DNA of 63,819 bases, filler included, from Platydemus manokwari (Eukaryota): NCBI GenBank assembly GCA_037951405.1. It is 6 parts of 6 records of this genome, joined end to end, with 100 filler letters (N's around TTAATTAATTAA, not from the genome) between each part and the next. Parts side by side here need not be neighbours in the genome. Positions count along the whole stretch, not along the records: positions 25,056 to 35,344 come from JBBMOY011148549.1; positions 35,445 to 44,645 come from JBBMOY011283984.1; 4 more parts are not named here. One strand, written 5' to 3'. Position 1 is the stretch's first letter. Each line of letters opens with the position of its first letter. The notes under the pieces were generated by a model. The model was not told the DNA's origin, made no database searches, and saw only the letters and a program-made list of their open reading frames with translations. Positions 25,933-39,432 of this stretch are shown here, piece by piece. A program made the position numbers and the translations under genes.

Positions 25933-28900
25933 TCATGAAATGTCTAACAAATTGTCATCAGGAACAACTGGATTGTTCACAGGAGCCCTTGGGATACTAT
26001 TACCGGATAATGATAATCTTTTCATTTTCTCTAGAAATATGGTGTTTTCAGGTTCCCTGATTTGTTCAGGAACAAAGACAAATTGATTATTTTCATCACT
26101 GGCTTCAGTACTTGTTAAATTATATTTAGGACGTCGAAATAAATTTGTTCGATCATTAATTGTAGAGCTATCCTAAAATAATTACAATATAATTAGATGA
26201 AAAGCTTTAAAAAAAATTAAAAATATAAACCTAATTGCTCATATACAGGGTATTCAAAGCGAAACAACGAAGCCCCATTTTATCAAGACTTATTTTTAAA
26301 TTTTATTCTTATAATGTCCGCAACTTTCTTTAATACAAAAAAGAATTCACTTCTGAACAACTCGAGGAAATACCTTTCGAAGTAGTCTTTTAATAATGTC
26401 AAGGATTGCACCGCAAATTCTATTTTTCAAATTTAACCAACGTTTGAGGACAACTCTGACACAAAGAAAGTCGAATGATTTCGGCGACCACTTTCAATAG
26501 ATTTTATCAGTTTGGAGAATTGTTTCAAGTTCAATTTAATAATGCAATGAACGAAAGATTTAGAATTACTAAGACTTTTAGATGCCTTTTTCTTATGGAG
26601 AAATATCGGTCATTTCATTCACAGAATTATCAAATGCTACAATTTGTCGTTATTATCATCACAATCTTCAAGTTGATTCAAATCCATCAAATAACGAAAG
26701 AATTGATTTACGGGCAATTGGTTTACCTTAAAAATCTTTTTGTTTCATAAAAAATTCTTTACAACAAATATACACTCTTCAGTCATTTAATATTAAACAC
26801 CTATCAATAATCAAAAGAATTAAAAATTTTAAAGTTAGTAGAATTTTTGCGTTACAAAAAATGTTGTTTTAAAATATTCAATGAAATTTGCTTGGATCTC
26901 TTTGTGTAACAACATTATAGCTTTAATAACCTAATCGAATCAAGCGTTCATCCAGTGCTAATGTTAGATACAAAGCCAATATTGATTAAAAAACAATATT
27001 ATCGATGTTTTCACTTACATAATATTTAATCCAAGCCAAATCTAAAATTTTTCTTTTCAAAAACCGCCAGAGCATCAAGACAATTCCAAAAGTAAATATT
27101 AATACACACACAATAAATAAAACATCAGTATTATTTTGACGGAAATAAATGTATACAGAAACGGTAGCCTGTGTAAATATTAAACATATTTGCATCAACA
27201 TCGCTGCGTTAGCGTGGACCTCATTATCAATGATTGTCGGTGAATAAACATAAATTATATTGTATCTATCCAATAAATGTTTTGAAATTAAATAAGCCAA
27301 TCCTGAAATGGGAGATATCAATATAATGATCAATAATTGAATATACCAAATGGTGTTATTACAGGAACAATCACACAATATGCTGATATAATACAAAACA
27401 TTGCTAGAGTCCAGGCATACTGAATACCATAGGTGAAATCCCATATAACACTCTGAAGATAAGAAAATTTATTAAAAATATAACATTAGTTTCGGTATTA
27501 GATTCAACAACGGAAATGGAAAATTTCAAGAAGAATCTATTATCATGAATCCAATAAATTAGTCACGTTCTTCTTACAGTAAATGAAAAGCTTTTAATAT
27601 GGTCTGGTATATATATTGAACGTTTTGGGAAATGATTTTAATTCACAATGAAAATCTTTCATATAATTGTTTAATATCAAATTAACATCAAAGCTATTTC
27701 TTCCAGATATGGAATAACAGGAAAATAAAGATTTAAACATCTTGTTATGATTCAAACCTTTTGGTTTAATCTAATGTCTATTAAGCACGGATAATTATTA
27801 ACGCGTACAATGCATATATTTCTATTCTTTAGAGAGTTATCACAATCGCCTTCGATATTGTTACAGAATCACCATTAATTTCAATAGAATCATCTCAAAA
27901 TTTTACAATCATATTTCAGTTGTAAAATTCATTAATAACCTATTCGATTCTCAAATTCTAAAGGTCAAAGGTTTTCACAGTGTGACTTAAGCAGAATATA
28001 TCACGATTTTATATCACAAATTTAAGACATGTTCAGGCGTTCTTTTTGTTATTTCAAAACGAATCAGTTACTTTGTTAAATTTTCTAAGAACTTATATAT
28101 ATATATATTTAAATATCAATCTCCAATATTATATAATAGTTGAATTATTAATTGACGTTGTTGGTGATAATCACGTCATTATCAAAAGTATTGATTTCAC
28201 TAATTATCAGGTTGTTAAAAAGACATGCAATTAAACAGATTATTTCATGAAATCTCCTAGACGGTTTAAAATTATGTCTATAATAAATACAAAAAATGAT
28301 TTATTTAAAATTATTAAAATTTTGTTTTAAGGTTTTTTTTAATTTTATTTAATTTTCCAATATTGCTCAGAGAAATAAATGACTTAAAGACAATGAAAGG
28401 TTTCCGGTCAAAGGTTCTCCGATTGATGTAATTCGATGATTTACAAAACAGTCACATGATGAGAATCCATTGATAGTCATGAGAACATTATCAAAAACTA
28501 CAATTTGGTAATATTATCGAACAAAACATACTGATATTTTACCAACTCAAATAAGCGTCGTCATAATATTGAAGTAAAACAACTAATCTAAAGAAAGACG
28601 AGATTTAAATATTATATTCGCACAACTTTATGATTCGAAAACATATTTTTTTCTGTTGATAATTATAAATAATTATAAGGTTTATAATAAATTAATACTT
28701 TTGCGATGCCATTATTTTCTGCATAGGATCGAGAAGTACAAAGATTCAATGCATACAAAAACAATTCATATAAACGCAAAATTGCGACACCTAATCCAAT
28801 GAAAGTAGCAGTGATAAGGTAATTACAAAACAATGCTCCTCCATCTGGCATGAATATACATTCTAGTTTCAATTCCATGCTGGCAGAATGATTTTTCAAA

Positions 28901-29172
28901 AACGGTTCGATATAAGCGAACACACTGAAAACCCATGTTATATGATTGATAAATATATTGATGCTACCAAATATTTACCTGGTCAGACCGACAGAAGGTA
29001 AAATTAAAATCGTTGTGATGAGAACTGCAAATAATTTGTTCATCACGGAAATACTTGATTTCGTTTTCGTCCAATGTGAACTTAAATCATTTGACCAGCA
29101 CACTAACACCGGTGTCAATGCAGCCACTAAAGCCATTGCCAATGATGGGATGATTTGTGAAAAATATACGTT
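25933..29172 (-). CDS. TMEM63: TMEM63/CSC1/OSCA mechanosensitive channel, 3' half; exons 29172-28979, 28924-28699, 27452-27347, 27302-27019, 26172-25933 (stop)
   Basis: Spliced translation ...ILPSVGLTS..CIFMPDGGALFCNYLITATFIG..DFTYGIQYAWTL..ITPFGLAYLISKHLLDRYNIIYVY..; all introns GT-AG and in phase. Confidence 0.93.
26243..26760 (-). mobile_element. degenerate Tc1/mariner-superfamily (rosa/DD41D-like) relic in a TMEM63 intron
   Basis: TACAGGGTATTCAAA terminus; minus-strand WSPKSFDF (WPPRSPDL-like) and LKNRICGAI...CIKESCGHY C-terminal pattern. Confidence 0.5.
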
Positions 29173-30365
29173 CTGAATAAGTGTGTTATGGTTGATCAAA
29201 TATTTTTGAATTTATTCATCAAATATAAACAACGAACTCTTTATCATATCTGTTTCATGATATCAATAAAACATTTATCGCTTCATTTCATTGGACAAAA
29301 ATAGTATCCATAGAAACAGGTACTGATAAAAATCTTGATGTAATCCAGAAAATTTGTATTTTTAAATCATATTATTTTCAGGATGAGATTGTTATTAAAT
29401 TGTGTACCGAGACGAGTAGTTTTAATTTAGAAAAAATGTTAATAAAATGCGTTTATAATCACGATAACATAACAAGATAAAAATAGGTCTATAATATTAG
29501 CATTATATATTATATGAAACAATCAAATAAAAAATTTCGCATTACCATAAATTGAAATTTTTCAAAAAAATTGAATGAAAAAGAGAAAATCAATAAATAT
29601 AATTTTAATAAATCTAAAATGAAAAATATAGAATTAATACTATAGAGTTTAATACATTGAGTGTTGGTAAGTTGCAATATTATTTATACATAATGAAATA
29701 ATTATTGTATAAAACAATTATTGACTTTTAATGATAATTATTTTCAGCCATAACTCAAAACACCTTTTCTCCATTTCAGGATTGTCTAATCTTAATTTTT
29801 CATTTCTAAACCTATATTTTTCTTTCTCTACACCCATTTGGGGCTCATTGGTCATGATCCCATTCGCTATAGTCGATTAAAGACAATTCATAGACAAGAT
29901 CTGATTTCCTTTATTTATCAACATTATTGATTTAAATTTTAAGGTTTTTTTAAATACAATTCTATTGGTTAATTATTGAATTATATGTTTCAATATTTCT
30001 AATGAAGTAAATGCATTTTCAAATATTTCATTTATTTCTTTCATTCACTGAGTGTCCCTACATTCTATCCGATCTAAGCAAACCAATTCTTCATTTTTTA
30101 TAAATTCTGTACACTGCGGTGCTTGCTTCGTCCTATTTATTTCGAAAATATATCAGTTGTTGTGATAAATATTATCGATTTAGTGTGATAGTTTGTCATC
30201 ATCAATAATTTGTCTCACAAATTAATTTGTTTATATTTTTATTTTTTCATATTCTACCATTATGATATTTTCAAGATCATTTATTAAAAAATTAAAAATA
30301 ATTTAATATTTAAAGAAAAATTACAATTAATTAAAAAGGAATATCAATATTTTGTAAGTTTACAC

Positions 30366-30624
30366 CTGGTGATATATTTATCAAACGTTCTTTTGATTTA
30401 AACCGTATCGGTATATCATATCAATTTTATTCGATATTTGTCGATAGCAATTATAGCAATTGTGCTAGCGAAAATATTTCCGAAAATCAAACCACGAGTC
30501 ACAAATAACTACATGCAACTAGATTAAGTCGGAAAATTTCAATTTGATGAAATATTTCTAGACATTGTAAATATATGTGGAATTTTACGCTGATATTTAT
30601 ATAATCAGCATATGTTTATCATTG
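30366..30624 (-). pseudogene. class-A GPCR/opsin-like pseudo-exon (TM3 region)
   Basis: SN*NFPT*SSCM*LFVTRGLIFGNIFASTIAIIAIDKYRI resembles opsin TM3 (C..Y...G.+FG..S..T+A.IA+DRY); bounded by AG/GT; in-frame stops. Confidence 0.4.
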
Positions 30625-30729
30625 CTGGAAACTGAAGGGAATTAATAGGAACTAAATAATTTCTTAAAATATTAACGAAAATAAACTTTTAATCAGATAT
30701 CAATGACAGTTTTGAGAATATATATATAC

Positions 30730-31187
30730 ATTTGGTTTCTACATCATCTTTAACCAATGGTTGCCCATTTCTCTGTTCACCATCAATGACGAAATTACCA
30801 ACAATGAATTTTGCAATTATTTACTGGCAGTTTCTCGCAGACAAAGTACTCGTTAATTTTCTTCTCAATTATGGCGCATTCATTCCATCTTCCCATAAAA
30901 AATACATCAGATTTTTCATGTCGCTTTGCTTAAACTCCATTATATCCCACCAAATAATATTTTTAAAATGATAACTATCTGAAAAAATTATTTAATTATA
31001 AGATAAAAATTAAACATTTAAAAAGGGATTTAATAATGCATTTAAGCAAAACATTTCTTCATAAAACATTAAAAAATTTTAGATTTACGGACGATTGAGG
31101 TTTTGTTTATATTTTAAATTTACATAACGTCTTTATTGATTAAATAAGTATTATTTTCTATCGGACCAGACTTTCGTCCCAATTCTA
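30730..31187 (-). mobile_element. mariner 5' fragment (TIR plus N-terminal HTH remnant)
   Basis: TIR ...ttttctatcggaccagactttcgtcccaattcta followed by (TA)n; MEFKQSDMKNLMYFLWEDGMNA...GNFVIDGEQRNGQP with frameshifts. Confidence 0.7.
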
Positions 31188-31793
31188 TATATATATATAT
31201 ATATAGTCAACCCAGTTCAATATTAAGACTAGCGTGCCAATTATTTCAAATATTCGTATTAAAAAAACAATATGAACAAGTTATTAACATAACAATATCA
31301 AAGATTTCACACAAAATATTTATTACACCTATTTACCACAATTTTTATTTCTTTGACTCATAATAAAGTCTAATTTTCAATTGTCTAAATGCTTTTTCTC
31401 CTTTAATTTCTTCAATCAAATCCCATATTTTGTTTATCTTATCAAGCATATTAGCTTGGAAGTGGTTTCCATATTATTTACAATAATTTTTGACTTAAAT
31501 GTTCACATTAAACTATGTTCATTTTAAACATGGTTGACTGTACTTTAAAATTTTCAAACCAAATGCTTTTACCATCTCCAAAGAATATATGATCTCCGAC
31601 AAAATATACACATGATAGTAACTTTTTGATAAAATTTAACATTTATTTAAAATTTATTGTAAACATATAGATAAATAACCCAATCAACTACGAAGAACAA
31701 TATTTGTCGATTACTTAGTATATTTTTCATATATTTATAATTAAAAATTTTAAAAAAATTAAAAATTAAAAAATATTTTAAAAATATATCTAC

Positions 31794-34396
31794 CGTGTCG
31801 AAAGCACTAGACATAATACAAATACAATGCTGAATAAATTCTTCATTGATTGAATTGCGTTTATCTATCAAATTGGAACTCAAATTCGTTGTGATCATTT
31901 TCAAGATATGGATAATTTTATTAAAAACCTCATCATCAACACAATACATAGCACATCTCCATAAATAATCGAGTCCGATCAATTCGGTTTCATTTACTAC
32001 GTAATTATCAGAATCTATCTCCCGTATGAATCCTTTTTTCTGATTGATAGTACGAAAAAATTGTTCAAACAATCTGAAAATGATAGTTCATTTTTAAAAC
32101 AAGAAATTATTTTATAAAAACCTACAAAATTCCACTTAATGTCAAAAGCTTCGGATCAAGTTTCAGAAAATTATCAAGAAAAAAATTTTCCATCATATCT
32201 TCTTCGAAAGGGCTTTTATCGAATTCCATAAGACTTGCTAACCACTTAAAACACTGATCTCGATCTGACAGAATACTAGAATTATTTGAATCTTGGGGTA
32301 CGACGAGACAGATCCAGATTAATGTCAAAAGTTTATTGCTTAATATGAGAGATCCTTCTATCAGAAGAAATTTTAATAATTCTAATCTTTCATCGATCTG
32401 TGTATCATGAGGAAATTTATCATCCAAATAATTGAGATTGTTTTCATTTAAGTCATATTCTAAAGTTGGAAATAACAAAATATCGTATTAATTACAATAA
32501 AATAAACACGATAACACAAAATAACAATCATTAAAACAATAAATTGCACATATTTCAATCGAAGATGTATTTTGGTAAGCAAAAAAGTCACCGATAAAAA
32601 AAACATGTTAATAAAAATTGTATTTCGAAAGTCAATTACTTATTAATTATAAGTATGTTTTAATTAGATAAAAAATCAAAAATCAAAATACTTTAAATTA
32701 TATTAACTTTGTAACACAAAAAAATAATATTTCTGAAAAGAATAAAAAGAAATGATCCAAAAATATTTAATCATCATTAAAAACCGAATGTGGAGATTGT
32801 AAATAGTTTATTTATTTAAATTATTAATAATATAAGGTGATTAAGAAGAAACTCAATTCATAGAATAATCCATTAATGCAGACCAAAAATTATAATGCTA
32901 CAAGTGGAATGCAAACCACGAAATTAAATTAATTCGAATTAATTATATAGTAAATACATGTAGAGATATGTTTTTATTAAATAATCTACTTTCGTTAAAA
33001 ATATTTGTGTGAACCATGGAACTTGATTTACATGATACGATTTCAAGTCAAAGATCGTAGCATAGACACCAATACAAAATCACAATAAAATCATAGTTAT
33101 TTTGTATAATATAAACAACAATTATTCTAAACTCTAACAAATGACTACATATATAGCAATCGTGCTTGTTTCTTGTGTTTGAGGGTTGTCAGAGCTGAAA
33201 ATCCAAATTCACACAAATATGAGGTTGAAAATTGCACAAGAAGCGCTTTCTTGGCAATTGCAGAATATTCCTTTTCAATCAGCAACGAAAATATATAAAA
33301 GCAAACCTAATAATGGTAGGACAAAGTGATCTTTCTAATGTAGCGAGTTTAATTATGTTAAATTTAGTACACTTAAACAATAAACAATATTAAAATAAAA
33401 AAATAATAATGAAATAGATTTTCGAAATTGAATTTAACATTTAGAAATTGAGGAACCCCTGGAATATACAGCGGAAACCCTAAGGTTCCGCGGAACTCTG
33501 GTTGAAAACCATTGTATATATACATTATTCTAACTATTAATTGAATCATGAATTCAAACAAAAAATATTCACATAACTCAGCAATTTCAAGGATTTTGAT
33601 AAAATATACAGCTTACATACTTGAATTACAGATTAATGAACTATCACGATTTTTTTATATATTATTAATTTGATGTTGAACCAAGGATAGATTATTGCAA
33701 TCTTTGCATGAAAACTTATAACGAGTATTAAATTTATTTTACTAATTTATATTTGTATAATTCGTTTTTGTTTTCAACTAAAACACAAGACATTAAAATG
33801 ATTGTCAAAAACCATAAGATAAAAAAAACAAATAAAAAATACTTAGAATCACGTAATTGCTGGTAATATACAGGGTGGTCGCTAGAAAAGGGGAAAATTT
33901 GTCAAATGATATTTATTTTAACAAGAATAACTTTTACAAATGGGTAAGCACGCATTTTATTCATGATCTCATCTGACACTCAATTTTTTCGCATATTGTA
34001 TAATCAAAAGATTTATTCACTTTAATTAATAATAATAAAATCTATTATATAAAACTTGATAGCATTGTTTTGAGAATATCAATTATAAAGAAATTAAATT
34101 AAAATAACTTATCGAAACGTTTAATTTGATTTCATAATTTTTACAAGCATTTACATACAAAATATAAATGAAACTCTATTCAAATCAAATTATCTAATGG
34201 TCTAATGAAACAAGAAATCCAATGAAATTCATAAAAACAAATATATTTCCTAAACAAAAATCCAACCTGATTTGCGAAAATTGTCGACATATTCGATCAA
34301 GTTTTGCGTCACTAGATTCAAAATTTGATGATCATTCTCTAATTGTTTGATAATCATTGAGCGATTAATATTTTTACTTGAATTGAAAACTGCTTG
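31794..34396 (-). CDS. USP9X: USP9X/FAF-like deubiquitinase, internal exons 34396-34267, 32459-32126, 32073-31794
   Basis: RSMIIKQLENDHQILNLVTQNLIEYV; QIDERLELLKFLL..DRDQCFKW..LDPKLLT; FEQFF..ELIGLDYLWR..FIQHC..AFDT all match the colinear N-terminal region of USP9X; phase-compatible GT-AG introns. Confidence 0.88.
33155..33514 (-). mobile_element. hAT (Charlie/Buster-like) deletion derivative
   Basis: Terminus CAATGGTTTTCAACCAGAGTTCCGCGGAACC; EKEYSAIAKKALLVQFSTSYLCEFGFSALTTLKHKKQARL is the hAT dimerisation domain. Confidence 0.85.
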
Positions 34397-34838
34397 CTAG
34401 AAAATATTTAATCAAATTATAAAAATTTCAAAATTGAACAACATTTAAGTTTTGGGTCAAATAAATTGATAGAAAATTTCAATGAAATTTAACGTATATA
34501 GGTAATTATAATTATTTTGATTATTAATATTAATATTATTATTAATAATATTATTATTATTTGTTTCGTTAGCTTGGAGATAAAAAATATTGTCTAATCA
34601 AAAATCTTTCATAAAAATTGTAAATTTTAAGTGAATTCACCAATTGGTGCAATTTGAAATGATGTAACTTATGTTCATAAAATGCTTTTTTATTTACTGA
34701 GATGCATCAGACCAATATGTGATTACAAATGAAGTCTAATAGTGATGATAGCCTACTGAACACGAATATTATTCATAAATACATTAATATTGTCCAATTT
34801 CCTTTGGTAACACAATATATGATGATAATATAATCATA

Positions 34839-35344
34839 TAGGATTGGAACGAAAGTCTTGTTCGACAGAAAACCATATTTGTTTATTTTAATATTAATAT
34901 CAATAATATTAATAATAATATTAATATTTATTATTCGAGAAAAGAGGCACCGGTTGTGTGGAAACAGTTTTGAAAAATTGCATTTTCTTCATGATAACGT
35001 TTAACTCAAAATAAGCTTGTTGAGATCGGTTTTACAGTAATACCGCATCCACCATTCTCTTCAAACATTGCCCCTTCAGACTATTACCTGTTTTCACCTA
35101 TGAAAAACCCACTTCATGGGAAAACGCATGATTAACAATGATTTGGAAAAGAGGTTCGTTTCAGAAACAGCGGAATTATATGAAAACGGCATAAAACAAC
35201 TTCCAGAATGCTGGCAAAAATGTGTGAACCTTAAAGGTGATTATTTTTAACATTTCAAATTTACAGATTTTGTTTATATTTCTCAATCCACATATTTTCT
35301 TTATTGGTTAAATAAATATTATTTTCTATCGGACAAGACTTTCG
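34839..35344 (+). mobile_element. internally deleted mariner (both TIRs, catalytic C-terminal remnant)
   Basis: TIR taggattggaacgaaagtcttgttcgacagaaaa and its inverse at the contig end; HFLHDN, PHPPFSSNIAPSDYYLFSPM, YENGIKQLPECWQKCVNLKGDYF*. Confidence 0.9.
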
Positions 35345-35444
35345 NNNNNNNNNNNNNNNNNNNNNNNNNNNNNNNNNNNNNNNNNNNNTTAATTAATTAA
35401 NNNNNNNNNNNNNNNNNNNNNNNNNNNNNNNNNNNNNNNNNNNN
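35345..35444. other. artificial contig linker
   Basis: Same structure. Confidence 0.97.

Positions 35445-35513
<69 letters not shown>
35445..35513. repeat. (AAT)n microsatellite at contig start
   Basis: Perfect AAT run. Confidence 0.95.
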
Positions 35514-35514
<1 letters not shown>

Positions 35515-36617
35515 TGGATATTCGTTTTGAATTTTAAGAAAAAATGCATATGGTATAGTTTTAATGATTATAATATTTAATTGTGTATTTATTATTTATT
35601 TAATTATCTTAAATAATGGGGCTATAAATACATAATTTTGTAATTATTTCTACATCACATGTTTCTAAATATAAACTTATTCTGTCATCTTATTGATGAA
35701 ATATTGATATGAAGTGTAAGCCTCTACTATTTAATTCAAGATAAACATTATATGTGTTATTTTATTATCATATAATTAGTGACAGAAATATTAATTTTAA
35801 ATCTTGGAATTCCAAATCCTCTCTACGATGCAAAACCAACATTTGCGAGATAACAACTACCGTTTATTGATTTAAACGTCTTGAAATTCTTCTATAACAA
35901 TTTTCCGTTGAACTTCTTATTTCAGTCAAAACACCGTCAATAAGAAAATTAATTAACCAGCATTTCGTGTCTGGTTTGATTCATCTAAATTTGAAAATTT
36001 CTCCATCAATATTCCTGATTTGTGCTATCGTGTTCACTCAGTTAAATGATATATTTATTTTTGTCAACCCTTTTCCTGTCGCGTCCATTGTGGATCAATT
36101 ATTTCATTGTAGACATTCATCATTAGATTCCACAAAATCATCAAATCCCACCAGCATTAAATTAATTAAAAATTAATGTTACTACATGATTGATGGGGAT
36201 TATTGTAAATAGAATTATTATTAGCTTTCATATTCATTTTTCATTGGAGATTTTGTTAATAATCAATACATTAATTAAGAACATTTGAAATTCATATGTC
36301 AACAATGGATTGCAAAGCACTATTATTTCGATAAACAATTTCATTATAAATTGGTCTTTTTGTGAATTGCGCGATATCGTATGAAATCAATTCAACCAAT
36401 CAAATTTATCTACATTTATTAAAGTAATTTCTAATATTTTCGAAGAATGAAATTATAAATTACTAGTGATCTAATGTACAGAGTTAATGGATTAAGAAGC
36501 TAGGTATAATGTGATGATAATTTATGTCAATCATTTATGTTGTTATTATTATTTGAATATCTTTTGATAAATATAATTTTAATTTTAAGTAAAAGAATTA
36601 TTTATATTATAATTTAG

Positions 36618-36813
36618 AATAGTCAGAGTCAGGGAAACAAGAGTTACCGGAATTATATCTAATGCATTTATAGCTTTATCTTTATTGATGCTACCCAAAC
36701 CACTCAAATATATACCAATTGCTGTACTCGATGGTCTTTTCATACACATGGCGGTGACATCATTATATAACAATCAATTCTGTGAACGAATAATGTTATT
36801 ATTTACTGAACAG
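36618..36813 (+). CDS. SLC4A11: SLC4A11/BTR1-like bicarbonate-transporter family, single internal exon
   Basis: IVRVRETRVTGIISNAFIALSLLMLPKPLKYIPIAVLDGLFIHMAVTSLYNNQFCERIMLLFTEQ between tttag and gtattt; matches the SLC4 C-terminal TM region; the ORF track shows only the antisense frame. Confidence 0.88.
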
Positions 36814-37013
36814 GTATTTCAATTGTTCTTTTTTTAATGAATTTTGTTTTATGATATTATATTGGTGATTGTATCAATCTCATTATTATTATTATCATTA
36901 TCATTATTAGTTTTCAATAAATTATTATTGATCAATACTACCTTTGTTAAAGATCTTTCTTCAGAAGATTTGTTTGAATATTATAATAAAATGCATTTTG
37001 GTGAGAGAAATTC

Positions 37014-37350
37014 GGCATAGGCTAAGAAAAGGGATCCTTTGATCTACGTACTTAAAATGAATTTTCGCGCATAGGATAATGTTGTAACTTAATTTTATAA
37101 ATAACTGCTATGTTTATTTATTCGTGTAATTCAGTTAATATCTCATTTTTTAAGATCTCTAATAGTGACAAAACATAGTTTTAAAACCAAATTCCTATTT
37201 AAATCACAACACTTCTATATGATTATTTGAGTTAGTTAATTGCAGATGTGTTTAATAATATCATTGGTTATTTTTATAAAATAATTATATGAATTGAGAA
37301 TATCTCTCAATTTAATTCTTATGTTAAGAAAGACGTCCTCACTAATTGAT
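37014..37350 (+). mobile_element. Merlin-like MITE, truncated copy
   Basis: High identity to 20303-20660. Confidence 0.8.
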
Positions 37351-37444
37351 AACAATATGGTTTTATTAAGAAAAAATTTAATGGAAAACTTCGATTAATT
37401 TTATTTAATATTATATAGCAAATCGATAAAGTCTATAATAGAAA

Positions 37445-38555
37445 TATTAGTTTATTGCATAAGATCCCGCCTTTACATGAAACTATTTTGATATTTGGCA
37501 AAGTGTTAAATATCATTAGAAAGTCCATACTATGTACTACAGGATTAAAGTAATCTTTATTTAGAACCGTCAAATGAATTGTCAAGTCGATAAAAAATCG
37601 CACTTTCGATATCTTGAAAAAAAAACTAGGTAAAAAGCAAGTGAAGCTATCGGAAATATTCCTGCAATGAGTGAAGAGGACACTTTAACTGAGAGAACTT
37701 CTCGGGGTTGGTTTGGTATGTTCAAGCACGATAATTTCGACCTCAAAGACCCTCCTTGTTTCGGAAGACCAATCGATATAGACAAGGACCAAATCGAAGA
37801 TTTTCTTGAAGGAAGATGGTTGCAGAGAGTTGGCGAAAAGATGAATTTTGATTTCACGCAATTTTCAGTTTAACTCAAAAGCTTGAATTATGGGTCCTAT
37901 ACGAACTCACCCAAAAACATTGCTGCTCAAAATCTCGCTCTATGCCAAAGAATCCATAGTCGCAGGCAACGTTTCTTATACAGAATCGTCACTAGAGACG
38001 AGAAATAGTCCTCATATGAATATGAAGCAAAGAAAAGAGTGGGCGAGTCCCGGAGAGAACTCTAAGCTTAGAATCACGAACGGTTTGTGTATTGTAGGAT
38101 TTGGAAAGTCTAACCCACTGAGAATTGCTTGGAAAGAACACGATAGTAAAGAAGAATCTCTATAAAGCCCATTTACATCGAATCAACAAGGCCGAGTTAT
38201 TCTCGTCTACCACACATAGCATAAACCGTAAAGATGGCACCTCAAGAGATCGGTTGGAAGCTCCTTCAATATCGCCCCTATTCTCCAGACTTTGCTCTTT
38301 TAAATGAAATGAGTCATCTAAGCTTCGAAAATCAGGATCATCTTGAGAATTGGCTCAACAACCATTTCGAGACTCGACCTAAGGATTTCTGGCGAAATGG
38401 AATCAACAAAATAGTGCAAAGTCGGTAAGAAGTAGTGAACAATGAATGAGAGTAGATAATTTATTGAAATATTATTATTTTTGCTGTTAAAATTCCTGGA
38501 ATTTTTTGAAAATAAATGTTTAAAAAACTGCGTGCACTTATGCAGCTATCCAATA
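37445..38555 (+). mobile_element. near full-length degenerate mariner
   Basis: EDTLTERTSRGWFGMFKHDNFDLKDPPCFGRP, IVTRDEK, RKEWASPGE, RPYSPDFA, FWRNGINKI; degenerate TIRs tattag...tgcataag / cttatgcagctatccaata. Confidence 0.9.
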
Positions 38556-39432
38556 AATTTAATTGAATAATGAATCTACAGTATTAGATTTTCATCTCCA
38601 TTAAGAAGTATTTATTAAGAAAAATAAATAAAAAATTAATTAAAATCAAAACGGTATAAAAAACAAAAAATACAAATCAAAATAAAAGTTATTTTAATAT
38701 TCACAAATAATTATTTGTGTATAAAAATAAGTCCCGTTAATATTTCCTTTGTAATTCCTATCACACTTCAAGATGAAAGAGAATTTTTAATCACAAAAAG
38801 ACCTGAAAAATAATGGGCTAATTTACCCCAACATCTACAGTGGCTCTCGGTTTTATTTGCTCATCAGGCAGACATTTGTCTAATCAAATATTCATGTTTG
38901 TCTCTAAGACGCTTTCGATTCGAAAGTAGAATGAAGTCAAACAATTGATAGACGAAACAAAATGAATCTCATTACCCATTACATCCCGGTGGTAATAAAA
39001 TGAAAGAAGTGTCTCTTTTTTATTTGATGGGCACTTCTCGGTAGGAGATTACAATAATCATGGTAATTTTTACTGAGACTCATGTTTGACGTATATTATA
39101 ATCCATTAATACTTGGACGATTGAATGAATATTCCACGTATAAATAATATTGGAAGTAAACTAATCACGTTTTCAGCAGATATTAATAGTTCTTTGAAAG
39201 ATTATATTTATTTATTTTGCTTAGTGTGTTCTGATTATTTTCGGGGATTATTCTTGTAAATCAAAAATCAATTTTTATACCAACTATTACCACCATAATA
39301 ATATTAATATTGTTTATAACATAAAAATAATCATAGTATATAATACGAAATATTATCTTAATAATGTTATTTTCGGACCCTTTTTATTTAACTGGCTCTA
39401 ATTTTCTCATTTCATTCCTTATAAAATTAAAG

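Noticed and set aside
36585-36773. Minus-strand 62-aa ORF
   Set aside because: Antisense shadow of the SLC4A11-like exon
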